Assembly (NCBI GenBank): GCA_036381055.1
Contig: DASVDO010000016.1
Coordinates: 633 to 64,632 of the forward strand
Reading direction: 5' to 3'
Source: Burkholderiales bacterium
Lineage (GTDB): Bacteria; Pseudomonadota; Gammaproteobacteria; Burkholderiales; SG8-39
Length of the DNA stretch: 64,000 nt
Translations under genes and position numbers: made by a program
Part shown: positions 12,205 to 22,968 of the stretch, in pieces
Layout: every line of letters begins with the position of its first letter
How positions within the stretch are numbered: position 1 is the stretch's first letter
Notes under the pieces: generated by a model
The model's database searches: none
Seen by the model: only the letters and a program-made list of their open reading frames with translations
Told to the model about the DNA's origin: nothing

Positions 12205-12975
12205 TCAGCTCCTCAGCTTGTAGCCCGCGCGCAGCAGCGCGAGCGCGGCCGACGCCACCGCGGCGAGCGCCGCGGCGACGATCGCCAGGCTGAGCCCGGG
12301 CGGGAAGTCGCCGACGCCGAAAAAGCCGTAGCGGAAGCCGTCGACCATGTAGAAGAAGGGGTTGGCGTGCGAGGCCGCCCGCCAGAACGGCGGCAGCGAG
12401 TGGATCGAGTAGAAGACGCCCGACAGGAAGGTGAGCGGCACGATGACGAAATTCTGGAACGCGGCGAGCTGGTCGATCTTGTCAGAGACGATGCCGGCGA
12501 TCAATCCCAGCGCCCCGGCGAGCGCGGCGCCGGCGAGCGCGAAGGCGAGCGTCCAGAGCGGCGCGGCGAAGCGCACGCCGGTGAACCACACGGTCACCGC
12601 CAGCACGCCGGCGCCGACCACCAGGCCGCGCACCACGGCGGCGGCGACGTAGGCGACGAAGAACTCGACGTAGGAGATCGGCGGCAGGAGGACGAACACG
12701 ATGTTGCCGGTGATCTTGGACTGCATCAGGCTGGACGAGCTGTTGGCGAAGGCGTTCTGCAGCACGCTCATCATCACCAGGCCCGGCACCAGGAAGGCGC
12801 CGTAGGGCACGCCCGCGTAGACCTGCAGCCGGCCTTCCAGCACGTGGCCGAAGATCACCAGGTAGAGCAGCGCGGTGAGCACCGGCGCGGCGATCGTCTG
12901 CACCGCCACCTTGGCGAAGCGCAGCAGCTCCTTGCGGAACAGCGTCCAGGCCGGAATCGACAGGCGGCCGATCAT
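12205..12975 (-). CDS. ABC-2 type exporter permease (YadH-like)
   Basis: Last 256 aa of ORF 12205..13314(-), from MIGRLSIPAWTLFRKELLRFAKV; six hydrophobic segments. ATGA overlap with the upstream ATPase. Confidence 0.85.
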   Translation of the reverse strand: MIGRLSIPAWTLFRKELLRFAKVAVQTIAAPVLTALLYLVIFGHVLEGRLQVYAGVPYGAFLVPGLVMMSVLQNAFANSSSSLMQSKITGNIVFVLLPPISYVEFFVAYVAAAVVRGLVVGAGVLAVTVWFTGVRFAAPLWTLAFALAGAALAGALGLIAGIVSDKIDQLAAFQNFVIVPLTFLSGVFYSIHSLPPFWRAASHANPFFYMVDGFRYGFFGVGDFPPGLSLAIVAAALAAVASAALALLRAGYKLRS

Positions 12976-13826
12976 GCGCCGGCGCCGGTGATGCGCACGA
13001 ACACCTCCTCCAGGCCGGGCGGGCGCAGCTCCATGTCGACGATCTCCACGCCTTCGCCGCGCAGCCGCGCGAGCGCCGGCTCGAGCTCGGCCGCGCCGGC
13101 GAGCCGCAGGCAGCGCTCGGCGCCGTCGCGGCCGCGCACGCGCAGCTCCAGGCCCGAGAAACGGCCGAGCAGGTTGCGCGTCGTGTCGAGCGCGGCGATG
13201 CGCCCGTCCTTCAGCATGGCGATGCGTCCGCACTGCTCCTCGGCCTCCTCGAGGTAGTGGGTGGTGAGCACGATGGTGTGGCCGTCGCGGTTCAGGCGCC
13301 GCACGAACTGCCACAGGCCCTGGCGCAGCTCGACGTCGACGCCGGCCGTCGGCTCGTCGAGCACGATCACCGGCGGCCGGTGCACCAGCGCCTGCGCGAC
13401 CAGCACGCGCCGCTTCATGCCGCCGGAGAGCGCGCGCATGTTGACGTCGGCCTTGCCGGCCAGGTCGAGGTGGTGCATCACCTCGTCGATCCAGGCGTCG
13501 TTGCGCGCCAGGCCGTAGTAGCCCGACTGGATGCGCAGCGTCTCGCGCACCGTGAAGAAGGGATCGAACACCAGCTCCTGCGGCACCACGCCGAGCATCC
13601 GCCGCGCGCGCCGGTAGTCGGCCACCACGTCGGCGCCGCGCACGCGCACCGTGCCGCGGTTGGCGCGCGCCAGGCCGGCGATCACGTTGATCAGCGTGGT
13701 CTTGCCGGCGCCGTTCGGGCCGAGCAGGCCGAAGAACTCGCCCTCCTCGACCTCCAGGCTCACGCCGGCGAGCGCGCGCAGCGCGCCGTAGCGCTTCTCG
13801 ACGTCGCGGACCTCGATGGCCTTCAG
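12972..13826 (-). CDS. ABC transporter ATP-binding protein (YadG-like); start probably non-canonical
   Basis: Walker [10 protein letters not shown], signature LSGGMKRR, Walker B VIVLDEPT. The first canonical start (GTG 13763) lies only 8 codons before the Walker A strand. The conserved LKAIEVRDVEKRYGALRALAG lies upstream of it, reaching a CTG at 13826 that overlaps the mlaB stop (CTGA). Confidence 0.8.
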   Translation of the reverse strand: MKAIEVRDVEKRYGALRALAGVSLEVEEGEFFGLLGPNGAGKTTLINVIAGLARANRGTVRVRGADVVADYRRARRMLGVVPQELVFDPFFTVRETLRIQSGYYGLARNDAWIDEVMHHLDLAGKADVNMRALSGGMKRRVLVAQALVHRPPVIVLDEPTAGVDVELRQGLWQFVRRLNRDGHTIVLTTHYLEEAEEQCGRIAMLKDGRIAALDTTRNLLGRFSGLELRVRGRDGAERCLRLAGAAELEPALARLRGEGVEIVDMELRPPGLEEVFVRITGAGA

Positions 13827-14101
13827 GCGGGGATCAGCGTGTCGACGCCGTACAGCCGGGCGATGGTGCGCAGCGCCTCGGGCAGGCGCACGAAGCGCAG
13901 CGTGCGGCCGCGCGCCGCGGCGGTGCGCAGCCAGGCGAGCAGCAGCGCGAGCAGCGCCGAGTCGAGCTCGCTCACCTCGCCGAGGTCCACCGCGCTCACG
14001 CCCTCCTCGACGTGCCGGCGCCCCTGCTCGAGCAGCTCGGCGACGTTGCCGAGCGTCACCGGGCCGGAGACCACCAGCCGCTCGCCTTCGCGGCGGATCA
14101 C
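13823..14101 (-). CDS. mlaB: STAS-domain protein of the Mla system (MlaB-like)
   Basis: C-terminal 92 aa of ORF 13823..14695(-): VIRREGERLVVSGPVTLGNVAELLEQGRRHV...LDSALLALLLAWLR. GTG 14101 is in a GTGA overlap with mlaC. Confidence 0.75.
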   Translation of the reverse strand: MIRREGERLVVSGPVTLGNVAELLEQGRRHVEEGVSAVDLGEVSELDSALLALLLAWLRTAAARGRTLRFVRLPEALRTIARLYGVDTLIPA

Positions 14102-14733
14102 AGCTTCGCCGCCCCCGCGCCGAGCGAGCGGTTCTTGTCGGCGAGGCTGCGGATCAGGCCGTCGACGCCGGAGGCGCGCACCACCGAAGCGAACTCGGTG
14201 CGGTAGTTCGCCACCAGGCTCACGCCGCCCACCATCACGTCGTACACCTTCCAGCCGTCCGCCTCCTTCTCCATGGCGTAGTCGATCGCCACCGGCTGCG
14301 CGCCCGACTGCAGCACCCGCACCTGCACCGTGACGTCGGTATCGGTCGGCCGGGCGCGCAGCGGCCGGAACTCGAACTTCTGGTCGCTGTAGGCGGCGAG
14401 CGCGCTGGCGTAGGTGTTGACCAGCAGGGTCTTGAACTCCTCGGTGAGACGCGCCTTCTGCGCCGCGCTCGCCTTGCGCCAGTTGCGCCCGACCGCGAGC
14501 GCGGTCATCGAGGCGAAGTCGAAGTGCGGCAGCACCTTGGCCTCGATCAGCGCGATCAGCTTGGCGCGGTTGCCGGCGCGGATCTCCTGGTCCTTGGCGA
14601 TCAGGCCGACCACCTCCAGGGTGACGCGCTTCACCAGCGCGTCGGGCGCTTCCGGGGCGGCCGGCTGCGCGAGCGCCGCCGCGGCGGCGAGGCACAGGAT
14701 GAGCGCGCTAGCGAGACTTGCCGTCGTCTTCAT
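14098..14733 (-). CDS. mlaC: Phospholipid-binding periplasmic protein MlaC (Ttg2D family)
   Basis: Signal peptide, then LPHFDFASMTALAVGRNWRKASAAQKARLTEEFKTLLVNTYA, the MlaC/toluene-tolerance signature. Confidence 0.9.
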   Translation of the reverse strand: MKTTASLASALILCLAAAAALAQPAAPEAPDALVKRVTLEVVGLIAKDQEIRAGNRAKLIALIEAKVLPHFDFASMTALAVGRNWRKASAAQKARLTEEFKTLLVNTYASALAAYSDQKFEFRPLRARPTDTDVTVQVRVLQSGAQPVAIDYAMEKEADGWKVYDVMVGGVSLVANYRTEFASVVRASGVDGLIRSLADKNRSLGAGAAKL

Positions 14734-15430
14734 CGTCGAGCTCCAGGTCTTCGCGCGGCGCTCGCCCGTCGTACACCAGGCTGCGCCGCCGCTGCAGGTA
14801 CGCGTCGCGCTGGAAAGTGTACTTGTCGAGCGCCGCCTGCTCCAGGATGCGGCTCGCGTCGAGCAGGTCGGCGCGCGTCTGCGTGAAGCGCAGCGCCCAC
14901 AGCGCGTACTCGACCTCGTCGGGGGAGACGTAGGTGAGCGGATCGGTGTAGAAGTCGAGCGCCGTGCCGACGCCGTCGCGCAGACTGCTCGAGCCGAGGA
15001 AGGGCAGCACCAGGTAGGGCCCCGGGCCGGCGCCCCAGCGGCCGAAGGTCTGGCCGAAGTCCTCGTTGTGCTTCTCCAGCCCGAACTCGGTCGCCACGTC
15101 GTGGATGCCGAGCAGGCCGAAGGTGCTGTTGAAGACGAAGCGCGCCCAGTCGGTGATGCCGTCCTCGACCTTGCCCTGCAGGAAGTTGTTCACGCCGATG
15201 AACGGGTCGGCGAGGTTGGCGAAGAAGTTGCGCACCCGGTCGCGCACGCCGCCCGGCACGACGCGCTGGTAGGCGCGCGCCACCGGCTGCGCCACCGCCC
15301 GGTCGACCTTGTCGTTGAACGAGTAGACCGCGCGGTTCCACGGCTCGAGCGGGTCGCGCGGGTCGGCGTCCGGCCCGGTCGCGCAGCCGGCGAGCACGGC
15401 GGCGGCGAGCACCGCCCCCCAGCGCCTCAT
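14708..15430 (-). CDS. mlaA: Outer-membrane lipoprotein MlaA (VacJ family)
   Basis: Last 240 aa of ORF 14708..15901(-). Lipobox LAGC, then DPLEPWNRAVYSFNDKVD...FGLLGIHDVATEFGL. ATGA overlap with mlaD. Confidence 0.9.
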   Translation of the reverse strand: MRRWGAVLAAAVLAGCATGPDADPRDPLEPWNRAVYSFNDKVDRAVAQPVARAYQRVVPGGVRDRVRNFFANLADPFIGVNNFLQGKVEDGITDWARFVFNSTFGLLGIHDVATEFGLEKHNEDFGQTFGRWGAGPGPYLVLPFLGSSSLRDGVGTALDFYTDPLTYVSPDEVEYALWALRFTQTRADLLDASRILEQAALDKYTFQRDAYLQRRRSLVYDGRAPREDLELDDEDDGKSR

Positions 15431-15924
15431 TTCGGCGCTTCCCCGGCGGCGCCGCCCTCCTCGGGCTTGCCCTCGGCGGCCTTGTTGAACAGGAACTGGC
15501 TGATCAGGTTCTCCAGCACCACCGCCGACTGGGTGAGGCGCAGCCGGTCGCCGTCCTTCAGCATCACGCCGTCGCCGCCCGCCTCGAGGCCGACGTACTG
15601 CTCGCCGAGGATGCCCGAGGTGAGGATCTTCGCCGTGGTGTCGCGCGGGAACGGATAGGCGGTGTCGATGTTCATCGAGACGATCGCCTCGTAGGTCTCG
15701 GTGTCGAAGCGGATGTCGGCGACGCGCCCGACCACCACGCCCGCGCTCTTCACCGGCGCGCGCACCTTGAGCCCGCCGATGTTGGCGAACTTGGCGTTGA
15801 TCTGGTAGCTGTCGTTGGTCGAGAAGCTGGCCAGGTTGCCGACCTTGAGCGCGAGGAACAGCAGCCCCGCCATTCCCGCGACTACGAACAGGCCGACCCA
15901 CAGGTCGATGGTCGAGCGGTTCAT
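15427..15924 (-). CDS. mlaD: MCE-domain protein MlaD
   Basis: [30 protein letters not shown]...[18 protein letters not shown]. Confidence 0.92.
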   Translation of the reverse strand: MNRSTIDLWVGLFVVAGMAGLLFLALKVGNLASFSTNDSYQINAKFANIGGLKVRAPVKSAGVVVGRVADIRFDTETYEAIVSMNIDTAYPFPRDTTAKILTSGILGEQYVGLEAGGDGVMLKDGDRLRLTQSAVVLENLISQFLFNKAAEGKPEEGGAAGEAPK

Positions 15925-16727
15925 CGTCCGTTGCCTCCCGTGAACATGAGTGCCGTAAGCACGAAGTCGAGCGCCAGGATCGCCAGCGAGGACGTCACCA
16001 CGGTGCGCGTCGTGGCGCGCGACACGCCTTCCGCGGTCGGCGGCGCGTCGTAGCCCTCGAACACCGCGATCCAGGTGACGGCGACGCCGAACACCAGGCT
16101 CTTGATCACGCCGTTGAGGATGTCGTTGCGCACGTCGACCGCCGCCTGCATCTGCGACCAGAAGGCGCCGGCGTCGACGCCGATCAGCTGCACGCCGACG
16201 ATGTAGCCGCCGAAGATGCCCATCGCCGAGAAGAGCCCCGCCAGCAGCGGCATCGAGATCACGCCGCCCCAGAAGCGCGGCGCCACCACGCGCGCGATCG
16301 GGTCGACCGCCATCATCTCCATCGCCGAGAGCTGCTCGGTCGCCTTCATCAGGCCGATCTCGGCGGTGATCGCCGAGCCGGCGCGGCTGGCGAACAGCAG
16401 GCCCGCCACCACCGGCCCGAGCTCGCGCACCAGCGACAGCGCCACCAGCACGCCGAGCGACTCGGAGGCGCCGAAGCGCTGCAGCGTCTCGTAGCCCTGC
16501 AGGCCGAGCACCATGCCGACGAACAGGCCCGACACCAGGATGATCACCAGCGACAGCACGCCGGCGAAGTAGATCTCGGCGATGGTCAGGCGGAAGCGCC
16601 GCAGCGCCGTGCCCGAGTGCAGCACCAGGTAGCTGAGGAAGCGGCTGGCGTAGCCCAGCCGCACGACGATCGAGGTAACCGTCGAGCCGATGCGCTCGAC
16701 CCGGGCGCGGAGATCGGCGACGCGCAT
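15921..16727 (-). CDS. mlaE: Mla ABC transporter permease MlaE
   Basis: 268 aa with [45 protein letters not shown]. Confidence 0.93.
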   Translation of the reverse strand: MRVADLRARVERIGSTVTSIVVRLGYASRFLSYLVLHSGTALRRFRLTIAEIYFAGVLSLVIILVSGLFVGMVLGLQGYETLQRFGASESLGVLVALSLVRELGPVVAGLLFASRAGSAITAEIGLMKATEQLSAMEMMAVDPIARVVAPRFWGGVISMPLLAGLFSAMGIFGGYIVGVQLIGVDAGAFWSQMQAAVDVRNDILNGVIKSLVFGVAVTWIAVFEGYDAPPTAEGVSRATTRTVVTSSLAILALDFVLTALMFTGGNGR

Positions 16728-17558
16728 CTACGCTGCCGCGACCTCGAGATCGGCCACGTAGTCGGGCGCCGGGTAGTGGAACGGCACCGGCCCCTCCGCG
16801 CTGCCGTTCACGAACTGGTTGACGAACGGCTCGCGGCTGCGCCGGATGTCCTGCGGCACGCCCTCGGCGATCACCCGCCCGGCGGCCATGAAGTACACGT
16901 AGTCGACCACGCCGAGCGCCTCCTGCACGTCGTGCGTGACGATGATCGAGGTGGCGCCGAGCGAGTCGTTCAGGCTGCGGATCAGGCGCACGATCACGCC
17001 GAACGAGATCGGATCGAGCCCGGTGAAGGGCTCGTCGTACAGGATGAGCCGCGGGTCGAGCGCGATCGAGCGCGCCAGCGCCACGCGGCGCGCCATGCCG
17101 CCGGAGAGCTCGTTGGGCGTGAGGTGCGCCGCGCCGCGCAGGCCCACCGCGTTGAGCTTCATCATCACCAGGTCGTGCAGCAGCTCCTCGGGCAGCGCGA
17201 GGTGCTCGCGCAGCGGGAAGGCGACGTTCTCGTAGACCGACATGTCGGTGAACAGCGCGCCGAACTGGAACAGCATCCCCATGCGGCGGCGCATCGCGTA
17301 CAGGCCCTCGGCGTCGAGCTCGCCCACCGAGCGGCCGAGCACCTGCGCCTCGCCGCCGCCCGGCCGCAGCGCGCCCATGATGATGCGCAGCGTGGTGGTC
17401 TTGCCGCAGCCCGACTGCCCCATGATGCCGACCACCGTGCCGCGCCGGATCGTCATGTTGATGTCGCGCAGCACCGGCGCCGCCGGGTCGTAGGCGAACG
17501 AGACGTTGCGAAGCTCGACGACGGGCTCCGCGGCCTGCGAGTCGGGGGATTGCTGCAC
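16728..17558 (-). CDS. mlaF: Mla ABC transporter ATP-binding protein MlaF
   Basis: Walker A GQSGCGKTT, LSGGMARRVALARSIALDP and ILYDEPFTGLDP; GTG start at 17558. Confidence 0.93.
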   Translation of the reverse strand: MQQSPDSQAAEPVVELRNVSFAYDPAAPVLRDINMTIRRGTVVGIMGQSGCGKTTTLRIIMGALRPGGGEAQVLGRSVGELDAEGLYAMRRRMGMLFQFGALFTDMSVYENVAFPLREHLALPEELLHDLVMMKLNAVGLRGAAHLTPNELSGGMARRVALARSIALDPRLILYDEPFTGLDPISFGVIVRLIRSLNDSLGATSIIVTHDVQEALGVVDYVYFMAAGRVIAEGVPQDIRRSREPFVNQFVNGSAEGPVPFHYPAPDYVADLEVAAA

Positions 17559-17576
17559 AGCGTAATATTACCGCGC

Positions 17577-19734
<2,158 letters not shown>

Positions 19735-19738
19735 CGCC

Positions 19739-21163
19739 GTGGCGCTGTACCTCGAGCACTTCGGCCTGAACGAGCCGCCGTTCACCATCACGCCGCACAC
19801 CGAGTTCTTCTTCGAGGGCGCCGAGCGCGGCGCGACGCTGGAGGCGCTCACCTACGCGGTGCTGCACGACGAGGGCATCGTCAAGGTGTCGGGCGAGGTG
19901 GGCAGCGGCAAGACCATGCTCTGCCGCATGCTGATGGAGCGGCTGCCGCGCGAGGTGGCGACCATCTACATCGCCACGCCCTCGCTCGGCAGCGAGGAGA
20001 TCCTGCACGCCATCGCCGACGACCTCGACCTCGCGCTGCCCGAGCGGCGCACCGCGGCGCTGCGCGCGCTGCAGGAGCACCTGATCGGCCTGTACGGCGC
20101 CGGGCGGCGCGTCGTGGTGCTGATCGACGAGGCGCACGTCATGCCCGACGACACGCTCGAGCAGGTGCGGCTGCTCTCCAACCTCGAGTCGAACCGGCAC
20201 AAGCTGCTGCACATCGTGCTGTTCGGCCAGCCCGAGCTCGACGAGACGCTCGCCAAGCCGTCGCTGCGCCAGCTGCGCGACCGCATCACCCAGGCGTTCC
20301 GCATGCGCCCGCTCGCCGGCGCCGAGGTGGCGAAGTACCTCTCGTTCCGCATGCGCGCCGCAGGCTACCGCGGACCGGAGCTCTTCTCGTCCGGCGCCGT
20401 GGCGCGCATCGCCCGCGCCTCGGCCGGCCTGACGCGGCGCATCAACATCCTCGCCGACAAGGCGCTGCTCGCCGCCTACACCGAGAACACCCACGCCATC
20501 ACCGCGCGCCATGCCAGGGCGGCCATCGCCGACGCCGAGCTTGCCACGGCGCCCGGCGGCGGCCGCGCGCGGCGCAGCGCCGCGTTCGTGGCGGCGGCGC
20601 TCGTCGCCGGCCTCGCGCTCGGCGCCGCGATGGCGGGCTGGTACGGCCAGGCGCCGCAGGCGCCCGCCGCGCCGGAAGAGGAGCTGCTCGACGACCGGGC
20701 CCTGGTCGAGCTCGCCGCGGCGGAGGCCGAGGCGCAGGTCGCGCCGCCGGCGCCGGCCCCGCCGCCGGCGCCCCCCGAGCCGCTGCTCAGCCCCGAGCAG
20801 GCGCGCCGCATGGAGGGCTATTCCACCGCCGGCCAGCGGCTGCTCGGCGAGCGCATCGCCGCGACGCGCGAGCTGCTCGGGAAGGTCGCCGGCGACCATT
20901 ACGCGCTCGGGCTCTTCCTCACCAGCAACGTCGACCCGGCGCGCATGGAGCGTTTCCTCATGCGGGCGCGCGACATGGTGCCGCTCAGCGAGCTCTACGT
21001 GATCCCGATGCGCACCGGCGAGCGCTATCGCCTGCGGGTCGTGTACGGGAACTATCCCACGCTCGCCGCAGCCGAGGAGGCGAGCCGCCACCTGCCGCCC
21101 AAGTACCAGCGCGAGTTCGACGTCACGACGCACAGCTTCAAGGAGTTGCGCGGGCAATTGTAA
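19739..21163 (+). CDS. ExeA/MshM-like AAA+ ATPase with TM segment, Pro/Ala-rich linker and C-terminal DamX-type SPOR-like domain
   Basis: N-terminus LEHFGLNEPPFTITPHTEFFF, Walker A GEVGSGKT, Walker B VVVLIDEAH, and FGQPELDETL (GspA/ExeA family). TM segment AFVAAALVAGLALGAAMAGWY. C-terminus YALGLFLTSN...YVIPMRTGERYRLRVVYGNYPTLAAAEEASRHLP resembles SPOR domains. Confidence 0.85.
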   Translation: MALYLEHFGLNEPPFTITPHTEFFFEGAERGATLEALTYAVLHDEGIVKVSGEVGSGKTMLCRMLMERLPREVATIYIATPSLGSEEILHAIADDLDLALPERRTAALRALQEHLIGLYGAGRRVVVLIDEAHVMPDDTLEQVRLLSNLESNRHKLLHIVLFGQPELDETLAKPSLRQLRDRITQAFRMRPLAGAEVAKYLSFRMRAAGYRGPELFSSGAVARIARASAGLTRRINILADKALLAAYTENTHAITARHARAAIADAELATAPGGGRARRSAAFVAAALVAGLALGAAMAGWYGQAPQAPAAPEEELLDDRALVELAAAEAEAQVAPPAPAPPPAPPEPLLSPEQARRMEGYSTAGQRLLGERIAATRELLGKVAGDHYALGLFLTSNVDPARMERFLMRARDMVPLSELYVIPMRTGERYRLRVVYGNYPTLAAAEEASRHLPPKYQREFDVTTHSFKELRGQL

Positions 21164-21255
21164 GAAGCCGAAAACCTCTGCGCGACAGATGCTTACGACA
21201 ATTTCCTAAGACCGAGGACGTGCTATCCTCGGGCAAAAGGGAGGTAGTGCGTCCA

Positions 21256-22968
21256 ATGCGAATGGGGAAGGGGGCGGTGCTCGTGCTGGGTTCGCTGCTG
21301 GCCGCCGCGTGCGCGCAGCAGCCGCTCAAGCCTTCGTCCGAGCACCTGCGCGCCGACGCGCCGAAGCCCGCCGGCGCGATTCCCCCGCCGGTGCGCGTGA
21401 GCCCCGTGCTGCCGAAGCCGACGCCCGCGCCGCGCCCGGAAACCTACAGCGTGGTGGTGAACAACGTGCGCGTGCAGGAGCTGCTGTTCGCCCTGGCGCG
21501 CGACGCGCGGCTGCAGATCGACATCGACCCGGAGCTCACCGGCACCGTGACGCTGAACGCGATCGACCAGACGCTGCCGCAGCTTCTCAACCGCATCGCG
21601 CGCCAGGTCGACATGCGCTACCGCATGGACGGCGACACGCTGGTGGTCAGCCGCGACACGCCCTACCTGCATGCCTACAAGGTCGACTACCTGAGCGCCT
21701 CGCGCAACGTGAAGATGCAGTCGACCGCGTCGACGCAGTTCGGCACCACCACCACGCAGACCGCCGGGCCGACGGCCACCGGCGCCACCTCGACCATCGA
21801 CGTGGTGGCGCAGAACAGCCTCTGGGATTCGATCGTGCAGAACGTGCACGAGATCCTCGGCCTGAGCGGCCGCGCCGCCGCCGCGCCGGCCGCGCCGGCG
21901 GGCGCGGCGCCTCAGGCGCCGGGTGCGCAGGTGGCGAGCGCGTCGCAGGGATCGACCGCGGTGATCGCCAACCGCGAGACCGGCGTGCTGTTCGTGCGCG
22001 CCACCTCGCGGCAGCACGAGAAGGTTCAGGAGTTTCTCGACCGGGTGATGGCCGGCGCCCAGCGCCAGGTGCTCATCGAGGCGACGGTCGCCGAGGTGCA
22101 GCTGCGCAACGAGTACCAGCGCGGCATCTCGTGGGAAAGCCTGCGCGCGCGCGGCCTGTCGATCTCGCAGCCCGAGATCCTGCCGCAGACCTCGGCCACC
22201 CCCGGCTTCACGCCCAACCCGTTCTTCATGCGCTTCATCTCCTCGGGCGGCAGCTTCACCGCCACGCTCAAGCTGCTCGAGCAGTTCGGCGACGTGCGCG
22301 TGCTGTCGAGCCCCAAGCTGAGCGTGCTCAACAACCAGACGGCGATCCTGCGCGTCACGCGCGACATCATCTACTTCACGATCACGCCGACCACCAGCGG
22401 CACGGCAACCACCCTCGGCACGGTGGTCACGCAGCCGGCGTTCACCACCACGCCGAACGTCGCCGCCGAAGGCTTCATGATGACCGTGATCCCGCAGATC
22501 AACGCCAACGACAGCATCGTGCTCAACGTGCGCCCGACCATCCGGCGCAAGGTGGCCGACGCGATCGATCCCAACCCGGCGCTGCAGGTGAGCGCGACCA
22601 ACCCGAACGCCGTCGAGAACCGCATTCCGATATTCGAGACGCGCGAGTTCGACTCGATCATGCGCCTGCAAAGCGGCCAGATCGGCGTGCTCGCCGGGCT
22701 GATGCAGGACATCGCCGAGCGCACCGACACCGGCATCCCCGGCGTGCGCTCGATTCCCTTCATCGGCGACCTCCTCTCCAGCCGCGCCGAGCTCAGCCGC
22801 AAGACCGAGCTGGTGATCTTCCTGCGCGCCACCGTGATCCGCGATCCGAGCCTCGAGGGCGACTTCGCCGGCTTCCGCGAGGAGCTCCCGGGCGCCGATT
22901 ACTTCTCCCGGTCCAACCCTTACCGCGACGCCCCGCCGATCGGGCCGGGCGGCGAGCCGCTGCGATGA
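21256..22968 (+). CDS. Secretin (MshL/PilQ/GspD superfamily), lipoprotein
   Basis: Lipobox LLAAAC after MRMGKGAVLVLGS. Secretin core VLIEATVAEVQL, VLSSPKLSVLNNQTA, VIPQINANDSIVLNVRP, GIPGVRSIPFIGDLLS, TELVIFLRATVI. The start is uncertain among GTG 21220/21247 and ATG 21256. Confidence 0.9.
   Translation: MRMGKGAVLVLGSLLAAACAQQPLKPSSEHLRADAPKPAGAIPPPVRVSPVLPKPTPAPRPETYSVVVNNVRVQELLFALARDARLQIDIDPELTGTVTLNAIDQTLPQLLNRIARQVDMRYRMDGDTLVVSRDTPYLHAYKVDYLSASRNVKMQSTASTQFGTTTTQTAGPTATGATSTIDVVAQNSLWDSIVQNVHEILGLSGRAAAAPAAPAGAAPQAPGAQVASASQGSTAVIANRETGVLFVRATSRQHEKVQEFLDRVMAGAQRQVLIEATVAEVQLRNEYQRGISWESLRARGLSISQPEILPQTSATPGFTPNPFFMRFISSGGSFTATLKLLEQFGDVRVLSSPKLSVLNNQTAILRVTRDIIYFTITPTTSGTATTLGTVVTQPAFTTTPNVAAEGFMMTVIPQINANDSIVLNVRPTIRRKVADAIDPNPALQVSATNPNAVENRIPIFETREFDSIMRLQSGQIGVLAGLMQDIAERTDTGIPGVRSIPFIGDLLSSRAELSRKTELVIFLRATVIRDPSLEGDFAGFREELPGADYFSRSNPYRDAPPIGPGGEPLR

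Noticed and set aside
21309-22964. The N-terminal 552 codons of the 1025-aa ORF 21309..24386, which would make a giant fusion protein.
   Set aside because: This part overlaps the secretin gene in another frame and translates to Arg/Pro/Ala-rich junk. The real gene starts at the ATG at 22965, in an ATGA overlap with the secretin stop, with a sensible N-terminus (MSLLLEALKKAE).
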